A stretch of 64,000 nucleotides of DNA. Source: Patescibacteria group bacterium. Its GTDB lineage: Bacteria > Patescibacteriota > Patescibacteriia > JAXHNJ01. Position numbers and translations under genes: made by a program. The notes under the pieces were generated by a model that was not told where the DNA came from, did not search any database, and saw only the letters and a list, made by a program, of their open reading frames with translations. Below, in pieces: positions 49,223 through 58,624 of the stretch. The stretch covers positions 179,166 to 243,165 of the forward strand of contig JAXHNJ010000002.1 of NCBI GenBank assembly GCA_034520665.1, in the 5' to 3' direction. Within the stretch, counting starts at the first letter, position 1. Every line of letters begins with the position of its first letter.

Positions 49223-51511
49223 TTATTCACTCTTTAATTCATTTAATCTTTGCTTAACATTTTCATTTTCCGGATTTAACTTTTCAACAGCTTCCATAGC
49301 TGAAATAGCCTTGTCAATTTCTTTTTGTTTTTCATAAATAACTGATAACTGCCAATAGGCGTTTGAATGGCCCGGAAATAAATTAACTACTTTCTGAAAA
49401 TTTGTTTCCGCTTTCTCTAAATTATCTTGATTTAAATGAATCCGACCTAACTCATAAAATAAACTATAATCAAGTGGGTATTTATCAACTAAGAGAGTTA
49501 ATTCATTAATAGCTATTTCAATATCTCCTTTAAATTCATAAGTTAAGGCTCTGGCAGTTTGAGCTAAAACATAATTATTTTTCAAGTCTATAGCTCTTTC
49601 ATAGTTTTTTATGGCTAAATTAAATAAATTATCTACGGTTTCTTGGGCTTCTGACTGGTTTTCTTCCGATAATTGTTTTAGGGAATTTTTAAGAGTTTGT
49701 CCGCTGGTGGCATAATAATTAGCCAAATTATAATAACGCTTGGGATTATTCTCGTCTAAATTAATAGCTTTATTAAAATTATCCACTATTTTATCAGAAA
49801 TATCATCGCGTGTTAAAAGATTTATATCCTGATAAAGATAAGCTAAATTAGAATATATCTCGGGATCTTTACTGTTCAAATCAAGAGCTCTATTAGCATA
49901 AGTTAATGAATTTGAGATATATTGCTGTAATTCAGTGGCATCGGGATTCATTTTTTGTGAAAGAAGTTGCGCTCTAACTAAATAATTTTGGGCTAAGGAA
50001 ATATTATAGCCAACATGCCAACTGTAATTATTAATGGCTTTTACTAAATAATTTTCTACATTCTCAAGACTCTCCTGTTTTTCCAGAGAGTTATTAGCTT
50101 CTTTAAAATAATAATTAGCTAACCAAAACCGTCCGCTAAAATATATTACTACTATTGCTAATATAATCACTAAGGAAAGACCTAAGGAAGAAAAAGCGTT
50201 TCGGTACTTTTCCAGCAAACGAGAATATTTTTCTTTATTTTTAAAGCTGAGATAACTCAACCCTAAAGCAAAAAAAGTAAAAAGTAAAAATAGATGAGAA
50301 AAAGAATAAGCAAAAAACAACCCCGAAAGAAAAAGCACTCCGGATCCGCTTATAAAAATTATTAGATAATTTCTTTCTTTTTGAGATCTTGATTGATAAA
50401 ATCTTTTAATCAAAGAAAGAGTAAAGAAAACAAAAAGCGATAAAAAACTAAGAAACCCTAAAATACCAAGAGTGCTGGTTATCTGCCACCATTCATTGCC
50501 CGCTTTAATAAAATTCAAATCCCAGTAAGCAGAGTTATTAAAAGAAACCGGACGAAAACGGAAAAAATTATAATAGAAAGTACTGGGACCAGAGCCAAAG
50601 AGCGCATTTTTACTTAAACTGCCTTTAGTTATTTCTAGGGAAGTTTGTTGATTTAAGGATATATCATCAGACAAACCAATATTATAAACAGAGGTAACAT
50701 TAAAGAAAATCATTAATATAGCAAAAGCAATAATTAAAGCCGATAAACTGATCCATTTAGCTTTTATATCTTTTTGTTTAACAGAAAAGAAAAAAAGTAA
50801 AATCACAAAACCAATAATCAAAGCGTACCAGCCCGCATTAATATCAATTAAAAAAAGTATAATTAAATTTAATAAAAAATATAAAGAGAGTAAGACTTTC
50901 TGCCATTTTAGGCGACTGAGCCTAACTAAAATAAAACTCAATAGAGACATAAAACTCAGATAAACAGCCAAACCTCTGATAGTAGAACTAAAAAAATTAA
51001 AGCCGATTTGATTGGAGAAATCCCAAGGTAGTATATTCAAGCCGAAAATTTTTATCAGATAATAAACTGAAGAAAAAATAGAAGCAAATATCAGAAGATA
51101 AAAAAAGTGCTTTATTTCTTTCTTGTCCTTGATGGTATTTACCAAGATAAATAAAAAAATAATGAAAAAAATTATAGATAAAAGACTATGATGATAATAA
51201 TTGGTTTGTCCTAAAAGGCTATACTTGAGCTGATAGGAAAAAATTGTGGCTACTAGAAATATTAGACCAAAAATAATTAAAGGGGTGGAAAGAGAGGTTT
51301 TTTTTATTTTTTTGTCTTTACTGGTTGAAAAATCAGCAAACCAAAAAACAGCGGCTAAAGAAACCAGTAAATAAAAAAGAATTGTCTTGTTAAATTCTAA
51401 AACTTCAGAAGTTAAGGGTAAAAAGAAAATAGGTACCAAAAAAACTGTCAGATATAATATTGCTTTGGCAGTAGCCTTAAAGCTAATTTTGTCTTTTATT
51501 TTTTTCAACAT
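49223..51511 (-). CDS. O-antigen-ligase-like multi-TM protein with C-terminal TPR repeats
   Basis: About 12 TM segments, LFGSGPSTF...NEWWQ...LGILG, TPR motifs. Confidence 0.82.
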   Translation of the reverse strand: MLKKIKDKISFKATAKAILYLTVFLVPIFFLPLTSEVLEFNKTILFYLLVSLAAVFWFADFSTSKDKKIKKTSLSTPLIIFGLIFLVATIFSYQLKYSLLGQTNYYHHSLLSIIFFIIFLFILVNTIKDKKEIKHFFYLLIFASIFSSVYYLIKIFGLNILPWDFSNQIGFNFFSSTIRGLAVYLSFMSLLSFILVRLSRLKWQKVLLSLYFLLNLIILFLIDINAGWYALIIGFVILLFFFSVKQKDIKAKWISLSALIIAFAILMIFFNVTSVYNIGLSDDISLNQQTSLEITKGSLSKNALFGSGPSTFYYNFFRFRPVSFNNSAYWDLNFIKAGNEWWQITSTLGILGFLSFLSLFVFFTLSLIKRFYQSRSQKERNYLIIFISGSGVLFLSGLFFAYSFSHLFLLFTFFALGLSYLSFKNKEKYSRLLEKYRNAFSSLGLSLVIILAIVVIYFSGRFWLANYYFKEANNSLEKQESLENVENYLVKAINNYSWHVGYNISLAQNYLVRAQLLSQKMNPDATELQQYISNSLTYANRALDLNSKDPEIYSNLAYLYQDINLLTRDDISDKIVDNFNKAINLDENNPKRYYNLANYYATSGQTLKNSLKQLSEENQSEAQETVDNLFNLAIKNYERAIDLKNNYVLAQTARALTYEFKGDIEIAINELTLLVDKYPLDYSLFYELGRIHLNQDNLEKAETNFQKVVNLFPGHSNAYWQLSVIYEKQKEIDKAISAMEAVEKLNPENENVKQRLNELKSE

Positions 51512-51515
51512 AAAA

Positions 51516-52373
51516 TTATTTAGTTATTTTATTTACTATTGAACTTAACTCTTCCTCAGAATAAAATTGAATGGTGATCTTCCCTTTTTTACCACGCTTG
51601 TTAATCTCTACTTTAGTACCGAGATGACTGCGTAACATATCTTCTTTTTCAATAATATTGGGTTCAATCGGACCACGCTGGCCCTTTTTCCCTTTTTTGC
51701 TCCGTCGGGTAAAATCTTCAGTTTTACGCACTGAGAGGTTGTTTTTTATGATTTTTTTAAAAAGCTTAAGTTGTTCTTTCTCACTTGGCAAAGCTAAGAT
51801 AGCTTTAGCATGACCTCCAGTTATTTTCTCTTCAGCCAGGCCTCTCTGTATTTTCAAGGGCAAGCTTAAAATTCTCAAGGTATTACTAACAGATTCACGG
51901 CTCTTACCCACTCGTTTGGCAATTTTATCCTGAGTAAGCTCAAACTCATCCACTAATTTCTGAAAAGCTACTGCTTCTTCTAAGGGATTTAAATTTTTTC
52001 TTTGTAAGTTTTCGACCAAAGCTAACTCCAACTTTTCCTGGCTAGTAGCGTCGCGTATAATAGCTGGGACAGTTTTTAAGCCTATAATTTTAGAGGCTTT
52101 AAGACGCCTCTCGCCAGCAATTAAAGAATAACCTTCGGTGCTTTTAGTCAATATTAAAGGCTGCAAAATACCGTGTTCTTTAATAGAATTAATTAATTCC
52201 TCTAATTCTTCATGGCCTATTTTTTCTCGGGGCTGAAAAGGATTAGCTTCAATTTGGCCGGTTTTTATTTTCAATATCTTTTCTTCATCAATCAAATCAA
52301 CGATTTCGCTCTTTCTTTTTTTAGCCGGGATAAGTGAACTTAATCCGCGGCCTAAAGCTTTATTGTTTGCCAT
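51516..52373 (-). CDS. parB: ParB/Spo0J partition protein
   Basis: ALGRGL, NPFQPR, IAGERR, ENLQR. Confidence 0.96.
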   Translation of the reverse strand: MANNKALGRGLSSLIPAKKRKSEIVDLIDEEKILKIKTGQIEANPFQPREKIGHEELEELINSIKEHGILQPLILTKSTEGYSLIAGERRLKASKIIGLKTVPAIIRDATSQEKLELALVENLQRKNLNPLEEAVAFQKLVDEFELTQDKIAKRVGKSRESVSNTLRILSLPLKIQRGLAEEKITGGHAKAILALPSEKEQLKLFKKIIKNNLSVRKTEDFTRRSKKGKKGQRGPIEPNIIEKEDMLRSHLGTKVEINKRGKKGKITIQFYSEEELSSIVNKITK

Positions 52374-52377
52374 AATT

Positions 52378-53133
52378 TTATTCTAAAATTTCTCTTGATA
52401 ATTTATGATAAGCCTTGGCTCCTCTTGATTTCTTATCATATTTTAATATAGATTTTCCGTGTGAAGGAGATTCCGCCAATTTAATGCAACGCGGAATAGT
52501 GGTACGAAAAATTTTGTTAGGAAAATATTTATAAAGCTCATGAAAAACATCTCGCGAAAGCTTATATTTAGAATCAAACATGGTTATCAAAGCGCCTAAA
52601 ATCTCTAAATCTGGATTTAAATTTTCCTTAATCAAATCGATAGTTTCCATAAGCTGTCCCAACCCCTCCAAAGCATAATATTCCGCCTGAACTGGTACAA
52701 TTACTTCTTGGCAGGCTACAATACCATTTATTGTTAAAAGTCCTAGTGAAGGCGGGCAATCAATAATTATAAAATCATAGTTGCTTTCTAGTTGACTTAC
52801 CTTTCGGCCCAATATATACTCTCTGTCCGAAAAGTTAACTAGTTCTACATTAGCTCCGGCTAAATCAACATGCGAGGGCACTAAACAATAATCACGGTGT
52901 TTAGTTTTTAAAATTACGTCTTCAATCGGATGATCATCAATAATTACATCATAAATACCCCTTTTTATTTTCCTTATATTTTTCCCTAAACCTGAGCTAG
53001 CGTTAGCCTGGGGATCAATATCCACCAAAAGAACTTTGTAGCCTAAATAAGAAAGATAAGCCCCTATATTAATAGCGCTGGTGGTTTTCCCAACCCCTCC
53101 TTTCTGATTGACAATTGAAATAATTCTGGCCAT
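52378..53133 (-). CDS. parA: ParA/Soj ATPase
   Basis: NQKGGVGKTT, DIDPQAN, DCPPSLG. Confidence 0.96.
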   Translation of the reverse strand: MARIISIVNQKGGVGKTTSAINIGAYLSYLGYKVLLVDIDPQANASSGLGKNIRKIKRGIYDVIIDDHPIEDVILKTKHRDYCLVPSHVDLAGANVELVNFSDREYILGRKVSQLESNYDFIIIDCPPSLGLLTINGIVACQEVIVPVQAEYYALEGLGQLMETIDLIKENLNPDLEILGALITMFDSKYKLSRDVFHELYKYFPNKIFRTTIPRCIKLAESPSHGKSILKYDKKSRGAKAYHKLSREILE

Positions 53134-53229
53134 TGTTTAATTTAAAAAACTTCTCTCTTTATAAATTATACAAAAAATTGGCCAAATTGACAACCAGCCG
53201 TTTTTTTTCTAAAATATACCTACCCTTAA

Positions 53230-53313
53230 GCCGCGGTGGTGGAATTGGTAGACACGCTGGATTCAAAATCCAGTGAGGGCAACCTCATGAGAGTTCAAGT
53301 CTCTCCCGCGGCA
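53230..53313 (+). tRNA. tRNA-Leu(CAA)
   Basis: GCCGCGGTGGTGGAATTGGTAGAC...CTGGA TT CAA AA TCCAG, long variable arm, GTTCAAGTC. Confidence 0.96.
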
Positions 53314-53327
53314 TATTTCCCAAACCT

Positions 53328-54083
53328 ATGAATACCTATTTCATTTCCGGAGAGCAATATGATATTCAATATCAGGGTTATCAAGAAGACCTGAAGTTTT
53401 ATTTATCAGAAATTAAAAAAGCTAATAGTACCTTAGAAATCGGCTGTGGCACCGGACGCATACTTTTATTAGCTTTGAAAAAAGGATATAAAATCGAAGG
53501 ATTGGACGGCTCAAAAAGTATGCTAAAAAAATTAAAAGAAAAAGCTAAAAAAGAAAACTTGGAGCCAAAAACTTATTTTGCTGATATGAAAAATTTTAAG
53601 CTTGATAAAAAATATAACTTAATTATAGTGCCTTTCCGCACCTTTTTACATTTAGATTCAGTCCAAGAACAAAAAGAGAGTCTAAAAAATTTTTACCGGC
53701 ATTTGAAAAAAAACGGACGATTAATTCTAAACTTTTTCAATCCTGATTATAAAAGAATGTCTTTTCAAAAAAACAAAAAAGAATTTCATTCAATAGTTAA
53801 AGATCCAGTGACTAAAAATAAAATAAAGATATACGCTATTAATCACTATTATCCAGCTAATCAGACTATAAAAACTAAATTTATTCATGAAGAAGTAGAT
53901 AAAAATAATCTCTTATTAAATAAAAAAGAATATAATCTTAAATTAAAATATATTTTCCGCTTTGAATTTGAACATCTTTTAACTTTAATGAAATTTAAAC
54001 CCCTAAAACTTTATGGAAGCTTTAAACGGAGAAAATTTACCGACGAATCCAGAGAAATGATCTGGATTGCTAAAAAGACGTAA
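53328..54083 (+). CDS. Class I SAM-dependent methyltransferase
   Basis: LEIGCGTGR, GLDGSKSML, ADM. Confidence 0.9.
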   Translation: MNTYFISGEQYDIQYQGYQEDLKFYLSEIKKANSTLEIGCGTGRILLLALKKGYKIEGLDGSKSMLKKLKEKAKKENLEPKTYFADMKNFKLDKKYNLIIVPFRTFLHLDSVQEQKESLKNFYRHLKKNGRLILNFFNPDYKRMSFQKNKKEFHSIVKDPVTKNKIKIYAINHYYPANQTIKTKFIHEEVDKNNLLLNKKEYNLKLKYIFRFEFEHLLTLMKFKPLKLYGSFKRRKFTDESREMIWIAKKT

Positions 54084-54146
54084 AATACTTGACCTTTGGT
54101 ATTATTTTTGTTAAGATAGATTGTAAATACTCTAACAAAAAAATAG

Positions 54147-54362
54147 CGTGGAGTGGGATCCTGTCCCTTTTCAAAGAAAGAGTAGTATATTGAAAAACTT
54201 GAAAATATAAAGACATCATCAATCTTAACAACATCGCGGGGTGGAGTCCCGTCCCGTTGAGCGGGACGAGGATCCGCGTTATCATCATATAACGATGATA
54301 ACGGGACAGTGGTATATTGAAAAACTTGAAATAAAAAAAGATATCATCAATCTTAACAACAT
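54147..54362 (+). repeat. Duplicated tRNA-fMet leader plus 5' fragment with double-hairpin insert (one clear copy, one decayed)
   Basis: gtatattgaaaaacttgaaa...atcatcaatcttaacaacatcgcggggtggag occurs twice. Confidence 0.88.
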
Positions 54363-54437
54363 CGCGGGGTGGAGCAGTGGCAGCTCGCCGGGCTCATAAT
54401 CCGGAGGTCGAGGGTTCGAATCCCTCCCCCGCAACCA
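54363..54437 (+). tRNA. Initiator tRNA-fMet(CAT)
   Basis: CGCGGGGTGGAGCAG start, C1:A72 mismatch, CCGGG CT CAT AA TCCGG, CCA end. Confidence 0.95.
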
Positions 54438-54462
54438 AAATGATTTTTTTTATTTACAACAC

Positions 54463-54906
54463 GCCAGGGTAGCTCTCGCCCGCTAGCGCCTGAGCGCAAG
54501 CGATGGCGAGCGGGTAGTTGATTAGAGCGTATATTAAATTTTAAAAGCTAAATTATACTACTATAAATTATAAGCCAGGGTAGCTCTCGCCCGCTAGCGC
54601 CTGAGCGCAAGCGATGGCGAGCGGGTAGTTGATTAGAGCGTATATTAAATTTTAAAAGCTAAATTATACTACTATAAATTATAAGCCAGGGTAGCTCTCG
54701 CCCGCTAGCGCCTGAGCGCAAGCGATGGCGAGCGGGTAGTTGATTAGAGCGTATATTAAATTTTAAAAGCTAAATTATACTACTATAAATTATAAGCCAG
54801 GGTAGCTCTCGCCCGCTAGCGCCTGAGCGCAAGCGATGGCGAGCGGGTAGTTGATTAGAGCGTATATTAAATTTTAAAAGCTAAATTATACTACTATAAA
54901 TTATAA
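54463..54906 (+). repeat. Four identical 111-bp tandem units (tRNA 5' fragment, 40-bp palindromic insert, D-arm remainder, leader)
   Basis: gccagggtagctc starts at 54463, 54574, 54685, 54796, and at 54907 (the real tRNA). Confidence 0.95.
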
Positions 54907-54983
54907 GCCAGGGTAGCTCAGTTGGTTAGAGCACGGGACTCATAAGCCCGGGGTCGTGGGTTCGAATCCCACCCCTGGTACCA
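54907..54983 (+). tRNA. tRNA with CAT anticodon (elongator Met or Ile2)
   Basis: GCCAGGGTAGCTCAGTTGGTTAGAGC...CT CAT AA...GGTTCGAATCC...CCCTGGTACCA. Confidence 0.93.
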
Positions 54984-55014
54984 AGCCTTCACTCCTGCGG
55001 AGTTTCAGCTTGTA

Positions 55015-55054
55015 AACAAAAAAACAGACTCTAAAATAGCCTGTTTTTTTGTTT
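55015..55054. terminator. Bidirectional terminator
   Basis: AAACAAAAAAACAG...CTGTTTTTTTGTTT between the tRNA and the convergent dsbA-like gene. Confidence 0.65.
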
Positions 55055-55064
55055 ATCTAATATT

Positions 55065-55862
55065 TTAATTTATGGCAAACATTTTATTATGCATTTCCCA
55101 AAACTTACCCTGATCAGCGGCACATTCAGCTGCTTCAGCAGCAATTTGAGCATTTTGATGAATACTGGTTAGCGGAAAATGACGAAAAACAAATTTAGCC
55201 TGATCCTTATATTCCTGGTATAGCTCTTCCATAGTAGGAGCATGTCTGGTACAATATGGACATTCAAAATCAGAATACTCGACAAAAATTAATTTATTGC
55301 CACTACCTCTGATATTATCATCATCAGCAATTTTAATGTCTACTGGTTCGCCTTCAGCTACATATTGAGAGGTGGGAGCACTGCCAGCCAATATTTCATC
55401 AATAATAGTATCAAATTCACTTTTTGGCAAAGCCCCGGAAACCAAATAACCGTTGATAAAAGTGGCCGGAGTGCCATTTACACCCAATTCTGTGGCCTCG
55501 CTTTGGCTTTGTGTAACCGTATCAGTTTTATCACCATTACTCATACATTCATTGAATTTTTCTGTGTCCAATCCGATCTCAGAAGCGTATGTCATAATAT
55601 TAGTGGGACTAACATTTGATTCTTCTACTGCTGTATCCGTATCAGCATCAGTATCAGCTGTATCTTCAACTCCGGCTACACTTTCACTATCATTATCACT
55701 AACAGATCTAAACACAGTTAAAGAAAGAGTAATTCCAACTACAGCTGAAAATACTAAACCAACTAAAAGACCCATAATAAAGGTATTTTTAGGAGGGGCG
55801 TCTAAAATTCCTTTTCCTTTTTTTTCTTTTTTTGATGATTTATTATTTTTTTCTTTTTCCAT
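55065..55862 (-). CDS. Membrane-anchored DsbA-family oxidoreductase, circularly permuted
   Basis: GVNGTPATFING precedes EYSDFECPYC and FRHFPL. Confidence 0.88.
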   Translation of the reverse strand: MEKEKNNKSSKKEKKGKGILDAPPKNTFIMGLLVGLVFSAVVGITLSLTVFRSVSDNDSESVAGVEDTADTDADTDTAVEESNVSPTNIMTYASEIGLDTEKFNECMSNGDKTDTVTQSQSEATELGVNGTPATFINGYLVSGALPKSEFDTIIDEILAGSAPTSQYVAEGEPVDIKIADDDNIRGSGNKLIFVEYSDFECPYCTRHAPTMEELYQEYKDQAKFVFRHFPLTSIHQNAQIAAEAAECAADQGKFWEMHNKMFAIN

Positions 55863-55945
55863 TTAATTGTTCTCCTTTTTATCTATTAATTTTTACTTAT
55901 TTATTATATTACCAAAGAATATAATTTATGTCAAGAAAAAAGAAA

Positions 55946-56137
55946 TACTCCGATGCCCTCCCGGTCCGCCGCACAAGACTTTGGCAGGCGGGGCCTCGGA
56001 GCTTGACCATTAATAAAGATTTGGCTGCGCTGAGTCCTGCACGCCGAAGCCTATCATATTATTAGTTTACTTATAATTTAGGCTCCGCTATCCTTCCCCA
56101 AGGCCAAGTATTGGGGCTGGCCGCGAAGGCGTGTCAA
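55946..56137. repeat. GC-rich intergenic hairpin cluster
   Basis: Stems ctccga/tcggag, ccgcc/ggcgg, cacgcc/ggcgtg, agccta/taggct, ccccaa/ttgggg. Confidence 0.6.
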
Positions 56138-56140
56138 CCA

Positions 56141-57352
56141 TTAAATAATAATTATAATCCCAATTAAATATATGACTAATAAAGTATAAACTATATTAGG
56201 GCGGTGTTGCACTCTAACTTTAATTAGTAAATTAAGGACTAAGACTAAGCTTAACAAAATAAACAAGGCCATAAAGAAATTTCTTGAGTAAAGTATCATT
56301 TTAACCAGTCTTTCTGAGGTAAAAAAGTTAGCCGGTTTCAAAACAGAATTTTTAAAATAATTGGTGGAAACTACTGGCGTAGAGACTACATTTTTATTCT
56401 CATCTTCAGTTATTACGATTACATTTTGATTGGGCTTATTATCTCCTTCTTTTACTGAGCCAATATAATCATCTCCTTTTTTGGATAATTCATTAGTTTC
56501 ATCATTTATTTGAACAACTACTTTTGTTTCTTCTGGTTTCTCTTCCTCTTTTTTTTCTTCTTCATTTTTTGCCTCAGTCTTATCTTCTTGGGCTGGCTCT
56601 TCTTTTTCTAATTTGGTAACTATATCATAAGTATTTTCTTCTACCGAAGGTATAACTACTGTTTCTTCTTTATTTACTTCGGGCAAAGATTTTTCTTCTG
56701 TTACCTCTTCAGTTACTGTTTGACTAGGCGGACTTTTTTCAACTACTTCTTTGGTAGTAGTAGTTTCGGTCAGTTTAGTTTTTGGAGCCGGTGTACCAAA
56801 CATCTGAACAACTAAAGTAGTCTTAGCTCCTTTAAAATCACCCTCCAAAACAGCCAGACCAATCTGAGTATAATTACCATTTAAAATATTTCTTTTATGG
56901 CTGGCACTGACCATCCAAGCAGATATAATATCTTCTCCTCTGACAAAATCCATAGCCAGGTTTTCCCCAGCATAAGCGTATTCATAACCAGCCTGTTTAA
57001 ACCAATACCAGGGAGAAGTATTAGAGGGACTATAGTGGGAAAAATACTGCTTGGACAGCATATCTTGGGCTTTGGCATTGGCTGCCTGGCTTAGCAAAGG
57101 ATTAAGTTCAAGCTGATTCAGTCCATTATTCAGTCTCTGCTGATTGGTCATATTTATAATATTCTGATTGGTAATATCTATTGGTTGTACTGATAGCGGA
57201 GAAAAGATCAGCAGAAAAGAAACACCAATTTTTAATAAAACGGCTAAAACTGCAATTATCTTAAGAGAATTATGCCTCATTAAAAAAGGCAGGTATTTAT
57301 TACCCTGATGCGGTATGAAGCTACTATGAAGATGTCTGGAATATTTATTCAT
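56141..57352 (-). CDS. CAP/SCP domain membrane protein
   Basis: AANAKAQDML..QYFSH, AGENLA, WMVSASHKRNIL. Confidence 0.9.
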   Translation of the reverse strand: MNKYSRHLHSSFIPHQGNKYLPFLMRHNSLKIIAVLAVLLKIGVSFLLIFSPLSVQPIDITNQNIINMTNQQRLNNGLNQLELNPLLSQAANAKAQDMLSKQYFSHYSPSNTSPWYWFKQAGYEYAYAGENLAMDFVRGEDIISAWMVSASHKRNILNGNYTQIGLAVLEGDFKGAKTTLVVQMFGTPAPKTKLTETTTTKEVVEKSPPSQTVTEEVTEEKSLPEVNKEETVVIPSVEENTYDIVTKLEKEEPAQEDKTEAKNEEEKKEEEKPEETKVVVQINDETNELSKKGDDYIGSVKEGDNKPNQNVIVITEDENKNVVSTPVVSTNYFKNSVLKPANFFTSERLVKMILYSRNFFMALFILLSLVLVLNLLIKVRVQHRPNIVYTLLVIYLIGIIIII

Positions 57353-57494
57353 ATATTTTATTTAACAAAATATCCTAACATATATCTAATAAAATGTCAA
57401 GTTCATCAACTTTCAACTTTATTATAATCTTATTTTCATAAAGAGTAAAAAAAACTCCTTTTTTTATTTAAAAAGAAGTTTTTTTATATAAAAC

Positions 57495-57680
57495 TTATTC
57501 TAAAGTTATAGCCTCTTCTGGACAGGATTCTACTGTTGATTGACAATCACATTCTTCACAACCCTTAGAATTTTTCACTTTTGATTTTCCGTCTTCTCCG
57601 ATTTCAAAAACTTCCGGGCATAAAGCCACGCAAGTACCACAGCCAGTACATTTTTCTTTATCAATTTTTGGTGTTGGCAT
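57495..57680 (-). CDS. Ferredoxin (single [4Fe-4S]/[3Fe-4S])
   Basis: CTGCGTCVALCP...CPEEAI. Confidence 0.92.
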   Translation of the reverse strand: MPTPKIDKEKCTGCGTCVALCPEVFEIGEDGKSKVKNSKGCEECDCQSTVESCPEEAITLE

Positions 57681-57782
57681 AATTTTTTATTAATTAATAA
57701 CTAACAAAATTAATTATATAATATTATGTAATTTTTGTAAATATAAAAGAGGGCAAAGCATAAGCTTTGCCCCTTATAAAAG

Positions 57783-58517
57783 TCATATTATCTCCCAAGG
57801 TTTAAATCCCCGTTCCTTATCAAATACTTTATAAGCTTCCCATAACTGAGGAGAAAAATACCTGACTCTAGGCTTTATGGGATTAGGCCAATAACGCAGT
57901 TTCCTAATAAGCTCTGGCTGACTAAGCTCTTGGGGAGAGAAAAATGAATGGTGATAACTGTCGTTAATTAAAATAACTTTCTCTCCGGCTTCTTGCCAAG
58001 ATTGATTAGTATAATTAACGTTAATACGCTCCTGACCCAGTTTATCCCATTGCCAGCGAGTCATTTGGTTAAGCACACCCCAAAAATGAGCCGCCTGGCG
58101 GTAATTAATTTTCATTGGCCTGAATTCTTTTGGTTCCAGACTTTTTAAGTCAGTAGCTTCTTGAGAAGGACTCCTTATTAAATCCAAAACTACCATTTCT
58201 ACATCACCCGGTCCCCAAAGATCAACATGGCTTCTAAAATCTCTAAGGCGCTGATCAACTATCCACTCACTCCATTGAGGATGCCTTTTTCTAATTTGTT
58301 CTCTGCTTGGCCTGTCCCAAATATAGTGATAGGCAATCTGTATTCTGTTTATATATTTTCTATTGGCTAAAATAGCCAAACGAAAAAGTACTTCTTTAAA
58401 CTGCCAGAGATCACCGGGTTTGGTCACCAGTTCCGGACAAAATCTTTTAATTAAAGGTAAATAAGGGGAAATTCTTATTCCTGGAACTTTCTGCCAAATA
58501 CTTTCCATTTTCATCAC
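57783..58517 (-). CDS. Hypothetical Trp/Arg-rich protein
   Basis: 244-aa ORF with its own promoter (TTGACA-17-TAATCT at 58553-58581) and a downstream terminator. Confidence 0.7.
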   Translation of the reverse strand: MMKMESIWQKVPGIRISPYLPLIKRFCPELVTKPGDLWQFKEVLFRLAILANRKYINRIQIAYHYIWDRPSREQIRKRHPQWSEWIVDQRLRDFRSHVDLWGPGDVEMVVLDLIRSPSQEATDLKSLEPKEFRPMKINYRQAAHFWGVLNQMTRWQWDKLGQERINVNYTNQSWQEAGEKVILINDSYHHSFFSPQELSQPELIRKLRYWPNPIKPRVRYFSPQLWEAYKVFDKERGFKPWEII

Positions 58518-58624
58518 CTACTTTTTGGTTTTGTAAAAAGATCAAACACTAGAGATTAGCATAATAGATATTAAATGTCAATAATAAAAAAGAGGCGGAA
58601 ATTTCTTCCGCCTCAAATAAAATA

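Noticed and set aside
53230-54083. Integrated element at tRNA-Leu
   Set aside because: The methyltransferase starts just after the tRNA (14-nt gap), but there is no duplicated tRNA 3' end or integrase.
54463-54906. CRISPR array
   Set aside because: Units are identical end to end with no unique spacers, derive from the adjacent tRNA, and no cas genes are present.
56010-56137. SRP RNA or tmRNA in the GC-rich block
   Set aside because: It lacks the SRP helix-8 CAGG/GNRA/AGCAG core and tmRNA tRNA-like ends.
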